Below are positions 36,904 to 49,775 of a stretch of 64,000 bases of DNA, one piece after another. The stretch spans positions 48,608,001 through 48,672,000 of the forward strand of contig CM060734.1 of NCBI GenBank assembly GCA_030704615.1. Reading direction: 5' to 3'. The notes under the pieces were generated by a model. It did no database searches. It worked only from the letters and a program-made list of their open reading frames with translations, and was not told the DNA's origin. A program made the translations under genes and the position numbers. Each line of letters begins with the position of its first letter. Positions within the stretch are counted from its first letter, which is position 1. Source of the stretch: Takakia lepidozioides. Taxonomy: Eukaryota; Plantae; Bryophyta.

Positions 36904-39900
36904 GTACTTTCTGGTGGCAATCGATCACTTCTCAAAATGGATAGAAGCTGCACCAGTGGCAGACCATACAGCAGCCCTTGCTGCCCGCTTCTCTGAGGAA
37001 GAAGTAATTGACAGGTATAACTGCCCACATACGTTGCTCACTGACAATGGCGCAGAGTGGGGAGGTGAGTTTGAAGATACATGCCACGAATACGGTATAA
37101 AGAGGGAGCATAGCGCCCCCTACTGGCCTCAGTGTAACGGTATGGTGGAAAGGGTCATTAAGTCTCTCAAACAGAGCATCACCACCCTAGGAGTTGGAAA
37201 CGACACTGAGTGGGATCAGAATCTCTATAAGGCCCTGTTTGGTTACAGAATGGGTGTCCATGCTTCCACTAGATTCTCACCTTTTCAGGTACTTACTGGT
37301 AGGATTCCCAGGCTGGGAATTGACAATAGGTTACATTTTCTTACAACACCAGTAAATTCTGATGGATCTGTAGCAGAGGTCACACTTATGATGCAGCAGA
37401 AAATCCAGCTTCTCACAGAGATGAAGGCAAAGCTACGAAGAGTGTGAAGAAAGGGCAGCGTCAACAGGCAAAAGATTATGAAAGAAGGCATCGAACAGGG
37501 CATACCTACTGCACGTTGATGGAGAACAGCAAGGTAATGATGTTGAGGCCTGGAAAGAGGTCTTCCATGACATCTCCATGGGAGGGACCCTATGACTTTT
37601 TGGGATACAAGGATGCAGGAAGCACAACCAAGACTGGAGAAGCTGCACGAAGATGCAGGTTGAGAGATGGAGCAGACAAGGAATGGGTAAGAAGTAGGAG
37701 GGATTTAAAACCCTTCATACCACCAATAGGTGTTCAGCCGTTAAAGGTGGTCAGTGAGGACCCTGACACTTAAAAAAAGGAGGCACACTACATATGTAGT
37801 GTGAGTGCAAGGGGTAAAAATCAAGTTTTGTTTGGCATCAGGTTTCGGCACTACTACAAAGGGAGTGCCCTTCGTGCTAATGAAGGGGAGGAATTGTCCA
37901 TAACTTGAGGTAATTCCATGGAAAGACTATGCTATTGATCTGCCAAGAACAAAATATGGCTAAGTAATGACATGCGCCTTTTCATCCCTAGGATGAATGA
38001 TTTTCATCCATGATGTTGAACCCTAGAAGCAGGATGTGAAATTCGAAGGGGAAGAGTGCGGGTATCTTTTCGCAGCTGCTGCAGTGGTGTTGGCAGCACA
38101 GGATATCTGAGAAAGTTCCACCTACGCAAAGGGTATCAGCTTGCTTTTAAGAGAAATGTTAAGAGCTCCTGCTTGGCTTTCTGTGCAAGAAGAAGCGGTG
38201 CCGCCTTCTTCGTAAGCAACGATCAAACCAGAGGGATCAGGTTTGTGATAAGGGCGGTGCACCACTGCTGTCGCCATTGTCTTGATGAGCACATTAATGA
38301 GGAGATGGAGCGGCTCAGCAGATGTTGGGGGATGAGAAATGCAGGCTGGTGTGTATAGCGCCTCAGGTTGTCTGTGATCAAATCTTGTAGCTGCTGTCTG
38401 TTTTTGAGCTTTAGGACCAGATCACTTTGTAAGGGAATCAGCTTGCCTTAAAGAGCGACGTTAAGGGATCTGGCTTGGCATTCTGTGCAAGAGGAAGCGG
38501 TGCCGCCTTCTGGTGTGTATGGCGCTTAAGCTATCTATAATTAAGTTTTGTATCTGCTCTCTGTCTTAAAGGCTGTAGGACCAGATCACTTCATAGGGAA
38601 GAAATGCACATGTAGAAGGATAGGGTAGAGGTTGGCAGACACAAGGATGTGCCAGCAGCTGAAGCAGAGCCGTCATGCCTTGATGAGGATTGGAATCACG
38701 ATAAGAAGAACGTCGGAAATGGCTGACGAGGGAGAGGACAAGGTGCTTTCGTGACAGGCAGACCCACCGCTTCAATGAGTATAAGACAGATAAGTTTGAA
38801 GAGTGGTTCTCTCTCTTTTTTTTGGGTGACTTAGAAATCGCTTTGTGAAGTTTGGACTGTCTCTTGTATGTAGTAAGAGACACTGACATGTGAGGAAGAA
38901 AAAGAGCTTTGGAAATGGAATGAAGACACTGGACTTCAAACCAGGATGGACTGGAGATGGATGCACCTGCTGTTACATTGTAGAGTAGGAAAAATGAATG
39001 GAAACAGGGTTGATTCGTTGCTGGGACAGAATGGTTGCTGTTGTTGTATTCTTGTTTCTTGTTTCAGCGTCATGAGCTTGTACAAACAATCTAGCCTGGA
39101 TGTTGACACATTGCAGTCAATGTGGAACTAGCTTAGTAGGTAGAGGAAACCAGTGAGAGTTAGATTGAACTGTTGGAAACAACAAGAAGGGATGATGTGG
39201 ATGGGGCAGAAAAACCAACATCTGTTTGGGTTTGGATCTGATTCTCAGGGTGCTCTCAGCATGTGAACCACTGAGGTTCACAGTTGATGGGAAAAAGAGA
39301 GCTGTCAGGGTGTGTAAATTGAGACCTGTAGAAGGGCTGAGAGCTGTCTTGGGCAAATGGCTACACCTGGGAAAAGTAGAGTGTGAAGCATCTGTCATTG
39401 GCAAGAGAGGGACTGATAAAAGGGCTGATTATATCTTGTGTGACCAAGGTTGATTTCAATGCTGGGTGCACTGGATGCTTGGCTGAATGCGCATTGCATT
39501 GCATCATAGACATGCTACAGTGGAAAGAGTGAGGAACCTACTCACCCTGAAGGAAAGAGAAAGGGAGAGAGAAAAGGACATAAGGGAGAGAGCTGACCAG
39601 CAAGAGGGGATGGAGAGGAATGGATGATTGGGGCGGTAAGATAAAGAAAGCATGAACCCATGAAGGGCCAAACTGGTGGGCCTGCAACTCATGGCAGATC
39701 TGAGTTGCCTCCTTCCAAATCGTGATCTTATTACAAAGGGGATTCCACTTGTTGCTGACCAAGGGAGCTGCCCACAAGGGCAGTGGTCATCACTGACGTA
39801 GGGCTGGTTGCATCACTGAAGACAGCATGGTAACAGGGCTGGTGCAGTGTACCAGGGAGAGGATGTTGTGTAGTAGTAGAACCACGGGTGAAAACAATAC

Positions 39901-40103
39901 AGACTCCCCATCCATGTCTTCTCTTCCTGCGGCGTGGATGAGGATTGTGTGAACTCTGATCATGAAGGACCTGAGGGAAACCCACACCGAGTGACGAGGG
40001 TTGGATCACCTGAGAGGACATCTCCTTTCCTTCCCTCCAATTGACTTGGGGAGGAGCACAACTACACTTGCACAGAAGGGGATTCACGCCCCTTCTTTTC
40101 ACA
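36904..40103 (+). mobile_element. Ty3/gypsy family 2, copy C, 3' part: integrase core and C-terminus, probable 3' LTR (~38035-40103)
   Basis: YFLVAIDHFSKWIEA, LTDNGAEW, PQCNGMVER and WEGPY. Candidate LTR termini TGTGAAA...TTTCACA follow AGAAGCAGGA; the LTR limits are tentative. Confidence 0.85.
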
Positions 40104-42175
40104 CTACACCACCAACACTACAACAAGTCACTGTACCAGTAGCTGAACCTGTTGTTACTACAACCACACCGCAGCCACCACAGCCTGAGGTATGGGGCAA
40201 TGCTGCTTTTAACCCACCTAAAACTCCAGCTGCAAGGGAGTACAGTAGGGCTATGATTATGCCCTTCAACCAAATTCCCATCATGTTGGATTTGGCTTGG
40301 AAAGAATTTAGTCCTCCGCAATCATTCGCACATTACTACCAAATCATGCGCATTTGGCTGCCAGTGGCAACTAGGACTAAAGTTCTTCCAAACAATCGAC
40401 CAATTGAAGATCATCACTTTGCACAGTACTGGCACGAAGCAGGTACCATGTTGAGGGAATTAATTGCTTTCCAAGTTGTACATGGATTCATTTATACCAA
40501 GACCAAGGAGGTAGCAAGTATTGTCATGGGATGCGGGTTATACTACGCTGCTTGTTTTCTGGTACGTTATCACATTGAGCAACACAAGATGCAAGCGCGC
40601 TTTCTGAGTTATTCTAGTGGGGATCATTGGGTCTTACCTTCAGTGCCACCTCATATGTACCTATATGAGGCAAAAGTTATGATGCAAAAGGATTTTCAAA
40701 TTCGTTCATGGTTTCAAGCGGCCTGGAACAATTTGTCAACACAGAAATTCGGCATTGATGATATTTTCTATAAGGGACATGTGACATGGAAATACTTGCA
40801 CGATGCACACGTAATTGGTACCCCACTCACCTGGACAGCCAAGGAACTCAGTGTCTTCACCAATTTTGCTGTTCAGCGTTTACAGCAAGTTGTAAAATAT
40901 AAACTTCCAGACATGGTAGGACAACATTGTATGCCCCAGAGGATTACACAAAAAGTTCGAAAATTAAAACACCTGAGAGGCGATGAGATTCTGATACAAC
41001 TGTTTCTTCAGCGGATTCTTTTGACATGGGAGAAGACTATGCAGTTCAGATGGCAGAGAAGAAGCGACGGGGGTCTCCTATGCCGAAAGATTACCTCGAT
41101 ATCAGCCTCCAGAGGGCCTCACTTATCCAGGTAGTGTTCAAACAATCTCCGTCAACCAGTGACAGACCTCGGGCTCGTACACACAGTCCGCCACGAAACT
41201 CTCAACGTCAAAAAGATGCTCACTCACAAAGGTTTGCTAATCGCAATCAATAAACCGCGAGGACACGGCTTTTTGAGAGGGGAAGGGGTAATGTTAGAGG
41301 ACTGCCAGGGACTTAGACATTTTTACGGGATCTGAGGAGTACCCTTAATTTTGCACAGACTGAGACCAACAGGAGCCTTAGGGTTGACAGCAGCGCACTG
41401 TAGAGGGGGGTTACACGCCCGACACAGGCCCGTCACAGCCAACAGCCAACACAGCCCGACACAGCCAAACACAGTCGCACAGCCAGTCACAGCCCTTCAC
41501 AGTTTCACACAGCCAGTCACAGCTTGACACCTGTCACGACCATAGGGAACGGATAGCAGGACAGGGAACGACTGTGGGGAACAACACTTGCAAATGGAAC
41601 ATGTTAGTTCACGGGCGACGGTTAGTGAGGGAAACGGTTAGTGCCAAGGAAGAAAGGGAGAAGCGAGGACTGGGAAGGGGATCAATCTTAAAAAAAACAC
41701 TAGGGGGGGAGGACTTCTTGGTCATGGATGAGAGGGGATCGGGCGGAGAGCAAGAACGGAAGCAAGCATGGAGAGCACGGTGAAGGAGGAGAGATGATTA
41801 GTAAATGCTTGTTATATGCAAAGCTGTAGTGATATTGTAGAGGAGATTAGAGACACAATGGCTTCGGCCTGATACCTGATAAATCATAATTTGATACTTA
41901 TACGATACAATCACACTGTGTAGAGAGATCTGAGTGAAGCTGTGGAATGAATGGATGAGTTGATGAGCAAGCTGATACTCAATTATCAATAGTAAGGTAG
42001 CTAGCTAACATGAATGCGGAAAGGAAAACAAATAGGACACACCCCCATGATACACTAGCTGTAGGTCATGACTGATTGTTCTGAGCGGGCTGAGTACTTA
42101 GAGATTTCCAACTCTTCTATCTTGGAGTTTCCGCCTCGGATAGCGAAGGGATGGGTGAGTAAAAGCCGCGCGACA
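40104..42175 (+). mobile_element. Family 1 copy E, 3' end: ORF3 C-terminus, PPT, 3' LTR (41292-42175)
   Basis: ORF 40001-41134 is homologous to copy A 28878-28000. PPT GAGAGGGGAAGGGG, then TGTTAGAGG...GCGACA. Confidence 0.92.
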
Positions 42176-42677
42176 ATAGTTACTCATTTGTTCACAACAA
42201 GATTCGCAACAGGTTGAATCCCGTGAGGGCTGACAAATTGATGTATGTGTATACCAATTGTCGACTGCTACGTGAGAGGGTAGCGGATGATGTTGCAGCA
42301 TGGTATAAGAGGAATTTGCATTCTGAAGACTCTGCTTCTGAGGTAGATTCGATGAGTGACGATACTGAGCCTCAGAGGGAATCATCTTAGAGGAAATCAT
42401 CTACCTCCAATAGTGAAGATGGATCCGATGATGCTCCCAAAAATGCGTATGACCCGTTTACGTTCACAGAAGAGGATGCTTATATCCAGCCGACCTTTGA
42501 TGACCTTCTTGATGAAGTACGTATCGCAGATGAAGGTGAAGCTGCAATTGTGTCCTCCCCAGAACATGGTCCATAGAATGAAGTTGGGGTCGACCCTCGC
42601 CCCCCACTACACGTTGAAGCCACTGGTAGTGCCCCAATGGAGCTTAAAGGTGATGAAATTCCAGGACCGAGTGACGT
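42176..42677 (+). mobile_element. hAT transposase C-terminal dimerisation-domain remnant
   Basis: YSFVHNKIRNRLNPVRADKLMYVYTNCRLL matches the hAT dimerisation motif and is followed by an acidic tail. Confidence 0.85.
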
Positions 42678-45600
42678 TGTTAGAGGGCTGTTTGGGACTT
42701 AGACGCTTTCACGGGTTCTGTGGGGTACCCTTAATTTTGTGCAGACTTACAGATGGTAGACTTAGGCCACACAGGTTTAGGGGTGGTAGACAGGCTCTCA
42801 CAGTCTATCACAGCTTATCACAGCCCGACACAGCTTTGCACAGCCAGTCACAGCACGACACAACTTTACACAGCCAGTCACAGCTCGGCACAGTCACAGC
42901 CCAACACAGTTTGGCACAGCCCGTCACAGCGCACGAAGGGAACGGTTATCATTAGCACGGAACTACTGTGTAGGAACGACATCTGCAGAGGGAACGTGTT
43001 ACTTCAGGGGTGACCGTTAGTTAGTTAGGCGGTTGGAACAGCTTGTAGGTAGATTAGGCAGAGCAGCACCAGGTAGGGGATCACTTCACAGGGAGCGCTT
43101 CTTGGTCATGCATGAGGGGAGATCAGGCGGAGAGCAAGAACGGGAGCAAGGATGGAGAGCACGATAAAAGAGGAAAGATGAACAGTAGATGCTTGTTACA
43201 TGCAAAGTTGTAGTGATATTGTAGGGCAGATTAGAGTCACCATGGCATTGGCCTGATACCTGATAAATCATAATCTGATACTTATTCGATACAATCACAC
43301 TGAGTAGAGAGACATGAGTGAAGCTATGGAATGAATGGATGAGTGAATGGAATCTGGTAGATACTGAAGCAATCTGATGCTTCAGTATACACAGTAAGGT
43401 AAAATGCTAACATGAAGACAAGAAGAAATACAAATAGGAAGCACAACCATGATTCACTAGCTGTAGGTCATGACTGATTGTTCTGAGCGGGCTGAGTGCT
43501 TAGAGATATCCAACTCTTCTATCTTGGAGTTTCCACCTCGGATAGCGAAGGGATGGGTGAGTAAAAGCCGCTCGATATTTGACGACCATACTAGGGAACT
43601 GGGTCAAGAACAACCAGATGTGACAGGCATCTGGTGGGATCATGGTGGTTGGAGAATTAAAGAATTTGATGTGAATCAAATTCCCTGTGGAACTGAGAAG
43701 GAAAGATTGTCCAAACAATTCTTTCAGAGGTTCTAGGAATTGCTAGACGGTTGTAAAGAAAACATTCTTAAGAGAGTGCATGATGCTGACCCTGAGTGGG
43801 GTCTGGAGAAAGGAGTGATAAAGATTTATCAGGTGGCTTGTAGAGGGAGAGCAAGTTGGTTACCAATGCTGGTTTATGTGATAGCGTTGTTATCCATAAA
43901 ACGAGTGGAGTTTGAAGGCTGGGAGGAACGGAAAGTGAATGTTTACACTCATATGCATGAAGAGTTGGTACTGGTAAAGAATTGGATTCCCAAGGATATG
44001 TGGATCAAAATTACACCAAGAACAACTTTCCAAACGTGTTTGCCATATGGTTATATGGTAACATAGACTTCTAGTATAGCCAAGGGTGCTTTGAAGCTTG
44101 AAAGAAACCCAGGCATATACGAGAGATACTACTGAAGAGAGTTTTGGTTATTGCCTCATTGAAGATATGAAAGACATGGGACATGAATGATGAAAAAGAA
44201 GCTAGACTTCAAAGATATTCAGCAAGAGAGAGTTATTTTGAAAGCTAATTATCCATATCTTTGGAAGAGAGGAATAGACATAGGGGAGTCATCTGGACCT
44301 CTCACACCATTAAGATCGGAGAGTACATCACCTATACCGGAGGAACTAGAGTTGGATGCCACTCCTTCTTATTCTTTACAAGAAAGATTAAGGGATTTGG
44401 TACAGGAAGAAGATTAGCCACGAGGGGAGAGATCTGAGGTACATCCCTGGATAAAAGATTTGACAGAAATCTTTGATAAGAATTGGCATGGAACACCAAA
44501 AGCAGGAACTCCAGTTTCTGAAACGGAAGACAAAGAAAGAGGAGAGGATGTGGCAGAGCCAACGGAGAGTTCAGACTCTCCAACACCATGGAAATTGAGT
44601 TACATGAGTGAAGAGGAAGAAACCCAAGAGCAGAACTTGGAAGATGAAAACAGCGAGAAGAAATTGGAAGATGAAGAGTATGAAGAAGTAGACCCAACAG
44701 TTGAGGTTGAGACTATGACCAGGACATCCCAACCTGTTGGACCTGGATCAAGTGGAGCACTTGGATCACAGGCCAACGAAGGTGTCGGCTCAAGGGGATT
44801 AGGCGGGCAGCCTGGATCTGGCTCGGGGGGGACAAGGAGTGTGGGAAGTAGTGCAACTAGAGCTAGGAATACTGTGAATATAGTGGGGCCAGTAGCAAGG
44901 AGTGGTCAGGGGCCAGCATCTGGTGGAAGATCCACCACTACAACAACAGGTCCTCAAGGACTAGCACAAACAGGAGGACCAGCACCTGTCAGGGGGCAGG
45001 GTGTAGGGCCACAGATGGCGGTACCTCCAACACGGGCAAAGCCACCTTTTCCAATATATGCAGGAAAAGGGGATCCTGATGTACACATTAGCCAATTTAA
45101 GCACATGTGTATTGTGAACAATGAGAATGGCGATGATGCCAAGATGAGACTGTTTCCTTGTTCACTTATCAAGAAAGCAAGTGAATGGTATGCAAGATTT
45201 CCGGATAATCATTTCCTAACCTGGAATGGCCTTAGTACGACATTCCGAAACAGGTTCAGGACAAGCAAAACTGAGGACGAAGTGTATGGAAGTTTACAAT
45301 AGTTAAGGCAAAAGAAGCATGAAACTGTTGAAGAGTACATGGAAAAGATGGAATTAATGATGAAAAAGCTGGCTGTTGTACCAGCACCAAGGTTACAGAA
45401 GACTTGGTTTGTGAGTAGACTAAGACCAGAGTTGCAAAGGAAAGTGGATATGCTACCCCATAATACAGTGGAGCAGGCATTTGAAACAGCTAACAGAATT
45501 GAGCAATTGGGAATGCTCAGGAGAGAGAAAAAGGATGATGAGGACTCTGAGGAGGAGTCAGATGAGGAAGAAGAGCAAGAGCTCAAGAGGAAAAGTAAGA

Positions 45601-48600
45601 AGAAGGAAAAGTTGAAGAGGGATATCTATGAGAAAAGATTGGAAGAGATCTTGAAGTAGTATGCCACAGACGCTGCAACACATTGGAGGAAGGGTGTTTG
45701 GTGTGCAAAATGCCAGAATGAAGGCCATATCACAGCTGAATGCCACATGAAGGAGAAACATTGTACTATCTGTAAAATGGATAACCATTCCACTGAGAAT
45801 TGTTATTACAACATAAGGACAGCTGCAAGAGAACCTAGGCAAGTAAGGGTGCATCAAGTGCAGCCCCAGCCAAGAAGAAACAGTGATCAGGACCACTATG
45901 GTAGGCCTGGTGATTATAACAATGGTATGGAAGGGAGAGGTAATCCAAGAGGAAATTACCAGGGCAATCCCAGGGGCAACTATCAGGGTAATCCAAGGGG
46001 GAATTATCAGCCAGGGAATCAGGATTACAGAAATAATCCTAGAGCAGACCAAGGGCGAGGACCCAATGGTGAAGAACTGTGTTACTATTGTAATCATGCA
46101 TGACATCGCAAGGCAGCCTGTCCATTCTGGATCAGACACCAGAATGAGATGAGAGCTCCTGTGAATGAGGGCCCAGTGGTGGCAGCTCACATGGTTAGGC
46201 CATGTTTTGTACCAGAAGTGAGTACGATGATAGTAACCAGAAGCAAAGCCAAACTAATACCTCCAGGAGATGAGGAAGATGATGATAATGAAGATGGCAG
46301 TGATGTGCCTGAAGATGATGAGGCTTGGAGAGATGAGAAGGAACTGCACAAAGAAGTGGCTGATACCATAAGGGAAATGCAGAAGAGTATTGATATCCAT
46401 ATGGCGGATTCCTCTGATTCTGAAAGAGAAGATGAATTGAGTGAGAATGAAGTGAAGAAAGAAGCTGTACAAGTGCAGGGTAATGAAGGGACTTTGGCTG
46501 AAGTAATATGCCAGTCCAAAGCGCGAGATTACCATTGGACAGCTATTGGCTGTGGCACCTCATTGTAGGCACAGGCTGTATCAAGCAATTAATCAGATTG
46601 CCCATGTGACAGGGAACACAGACCTGAACAGCAAGGTGTCAAGCTATACTGTGAAGCCAGAAGGGCGAGAAACAGTCATGGACTTTGATGATTCTATGCC
46701 AGTAATCCAATTGAGAATTGGAAGCACAGACTCGACTGATGTACTGATAGATGGAGGCTCTAGAGTGAATATCATGACAGACCAATTAAGGCTGAAGCTT
46801 GGTCTAAGTAACATGAAACCAGCCCCATTCACAGTAACAATGGCAGATCAAAGAAGTGTCGCCATTAGGCTTGATAAGAGGAGTTAAGATACAGATTCAA
46901 AAGATGATCTTAAAGATCACAGTGACTGTATTGAAATGGATGATGTCATGGAAGCTTACTCCTTATTGCTAGGTCGACCATGGCTGAAACAGGCCAGGGT
47001 ATTCCATGACTGGAATTCCCAGTTATTAACTGTGCATGATGGGAAGCGCAAGATACAAATCACCACTAAGAAATCTAGTAGACTACTTGCTACGAGAAGA
47101 CCTCGAGGAGTCAAAGAGTATGACTGGAGGGGAGGACTTGATGAGGAGCAGGAAGCTACCCTGTTCGCTGCACACCCAGAGTGGGAGCAGGTTGTAGAGA
47201 TGCAGTTGGAAGGCCTAAGTTGTTTAAAAGGTATCTGTTGTGGTGTAGGAACAGCAACACCAATTGAGGGGGGAACAAGCAGTTACCCACCACATTTCTA
47301 TGAGGAAAGAGAGGGAGAAATGGAAATCCTAGAAGAAGAGCCACTGTAAGTTTACAGGATGAAGTAGTGGCTGGTTGGACAATCACAGCTGATGAGCAAG
47401 TGAGAGAAGTGAATGTGGGAACTGAGAAGGAACCGAGAATGGTGAAAGTAGGGGCTGACTTGGAGCCAGAATTCTTTGAGGAAGCTAAGAGTTTGTTCAT
47501 CAAATACAGAGATGTATTTGCTTGGAGCTATGAGGATCTGAAAGGGATACCACCTAAGATCTGTCAGCATAAGATTGAACTGGAACCAGGGTCAGTACCA
47601 ATCAAACAGGCAAGGTACAGAATGAATCCCAACTATGCACAGAAGGTTGGGGAAGAGATCAAGAATGTGATAGTTCCCAAGAAGAATGGTAAACTGAGAG
47701 TTTGTGTAAACTATAAGAAGTTGAATGCTTGTACAAAGAAAGATCCATTCCCTTTGCCATTCACAAAAGCGGTGCTGGACACTGTGGCAGGCCATGAGAT
47801 GTACTCCTTCATGGATGGCTTCAGTGGGTATAACCAAGTGCAAGTGGCAGAAGAAGATCAGAGAAAGATAGCTTTCATCATCACAGACTGGGTGCTTATG
47901 CATACAAAGTCATGCCTTTTGGACTTTAATGCACCAGCAACTTTTCAGAGAGTGATAAGTGAATCTTTCCATGAGTATCTGGATGATTTCATGCAGTGTT
48001 CTTAGATGACTTCAGTGTGTACAGTTCTAAGAATGAGCACTTGCATAAGTTGGAGTTATGTTTGGCCAGATGCAGGATGAGAGGTCTGGGCCTGAATCCA
48101 TAAAAGTGTACTTTCTGTGTGAACTCAGGGGTACTTTTGGGACACATTGTGTGTAAGAGGGGACTGCTTGTGGATCCCAGAAAGACAGAGGCCATTAAAG
48201 CCTATCCACCACCAGGAAATTTTAAGAGTCTAAGGAGATTCCTTGGACAAACCAGTTATTACAGAAGATTTGTCAAAGGTATGCACAGATAGCAGCACCA
48301 TTGAGCAAGCTTCTGAAGAAGATGCAGTGTTTGCATGGACAGCTGAATGTCAACAGGCTTTTGAGGACCTTACATTGTCAGTAACACTACACCTGTACTG
48401 ATTAAAACCTCACTGGCATGTAGTATTTCATGTTCACCGTGATGCCTCAGGAGAAGCATTGGGAGCCGTGTTAGCCCAAAATGTTATTGGAAATATAGAT
48501 TCACCTGTGTTCTATGCTAGCAGGTTGATGAACAGTGTTGAAATGAACTATAGCACAACTGAAAAAGAAGCATTAGCAATGATTTATGCAGTCAAGAAAT

Positions 48601-49771
48601 TCAGGCATTACCTATTGGGAAGGAAGTTTATGTTTTATGTGGATCATCAGGCTCTGATTTATCTGGTGAACAAGCCTTTGATAAGTGGCAGGATAGCAAG
48701 ATGGTTAATAATCTTGCACGAGTTTGAGTTCAAAGTTGTTTACAAGCCTGACCGTTTGCATCTTGTGGCAGATCACTTGTCACGCCTAGCAACAGGAGAG
48801 CCCGCCACGGGAATAGACGACCAACTACCTGATGCGAATTTATTTGCAGTGGAGGTGCAGGGAAGTGCAGATGATTGGTTAGACTGGCAGTGGCCAATTA
48901 GATACTACCTTACTCATGGTTAGTGCCCACCTAGTTATGGGAAGGAGCAGAGGAAGAGAATAGCTATCAAGGCTTTACCTTATACTATGATAGGGGGCAG
49001 AATATGTATAAGCTAGGACCTGATGGAGTTCTTAAACGATGCTTTCACCACCATGAAGTAAGTAAAGTTTTGGAGGAAGTTTATAAAGGAGTGGCTGGAG
49101 GTCATTTTGGAGAAGAGACTACCAATAGAAAGATACTACTTGCAGGTTACTGGTGGCCTACCTTGTTCAGGATGTACACAAATATTGCAAGAGTTGTGAT
49201 GAGTGTCGGAGGCTAGGACCATTGCAGAGATCTGGGAAGATGGCTTTGCATCCTACGATGCCTACTGAACCATTTCAGAAATGGGGACTAGACTTTGTTG
49301 GACCAATTAACCCACCAGCCAGAAATACACAGAACAAGTATATAATCACAGCCACTGATTATACTACAAAATGGGTGGAAGCTAAAGCTCTGAGGGACAA
49401 CATAGCTCAGTCTACAGCAAGGTTCCTATATGAGAACATACTTACAATATTTGGTTGTCCCCTGGATTTTATCAGTGACCAGGGAAGTCACTTCATTAAT
49501 GAGACCATAGAACTATTGACTAAAGAGTTCATGATTGTGCATAAGAAGAGTACAACCTATTACCCACAGGGTAATGGGCAGACAGATGCCACCAACAAAA
49601 TATTATGTACTATCTTGGCTAAGATAGTCAATGCAAACTGAACAGATTGGGATACAAAGCTGCTGATAGCTTTGTGGTCATACAGGACTTCATATAAAGT
49701 CACCACTAAGTATACACCATTCCAATTAGTTTATGGTATGGAAGCTTTACTTCCAGTGGAGTTCTTGTTAC
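42678..49771 (+). mobile_element. Family 1 copy A, 5' half: 5' LTR (42678-43577), PBS, ORF0, gag, PR, RT, RH, integrase core
   Basis: PR-RT-RH-INT order. Motifs NYSTTEKEALAMIYAVKKF, FQKWGLDFVGP and SDQGSHF. There are many stops and a ~20-codon deletion in RT near 47660. Confidence 0.95.
43470..44162 (+). pseudogene. ORF0: ~230-codon ORF upstream of gag, starting inside the LTR
   Basis: A single frame from MTDCSERA to REFWLLPH* with three premature stops. Homologous frames are at 35995-35233 (B) and ~25050-24355 (D). Confidence 0.7.
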
Positions 49772-49775
49772 TCAC

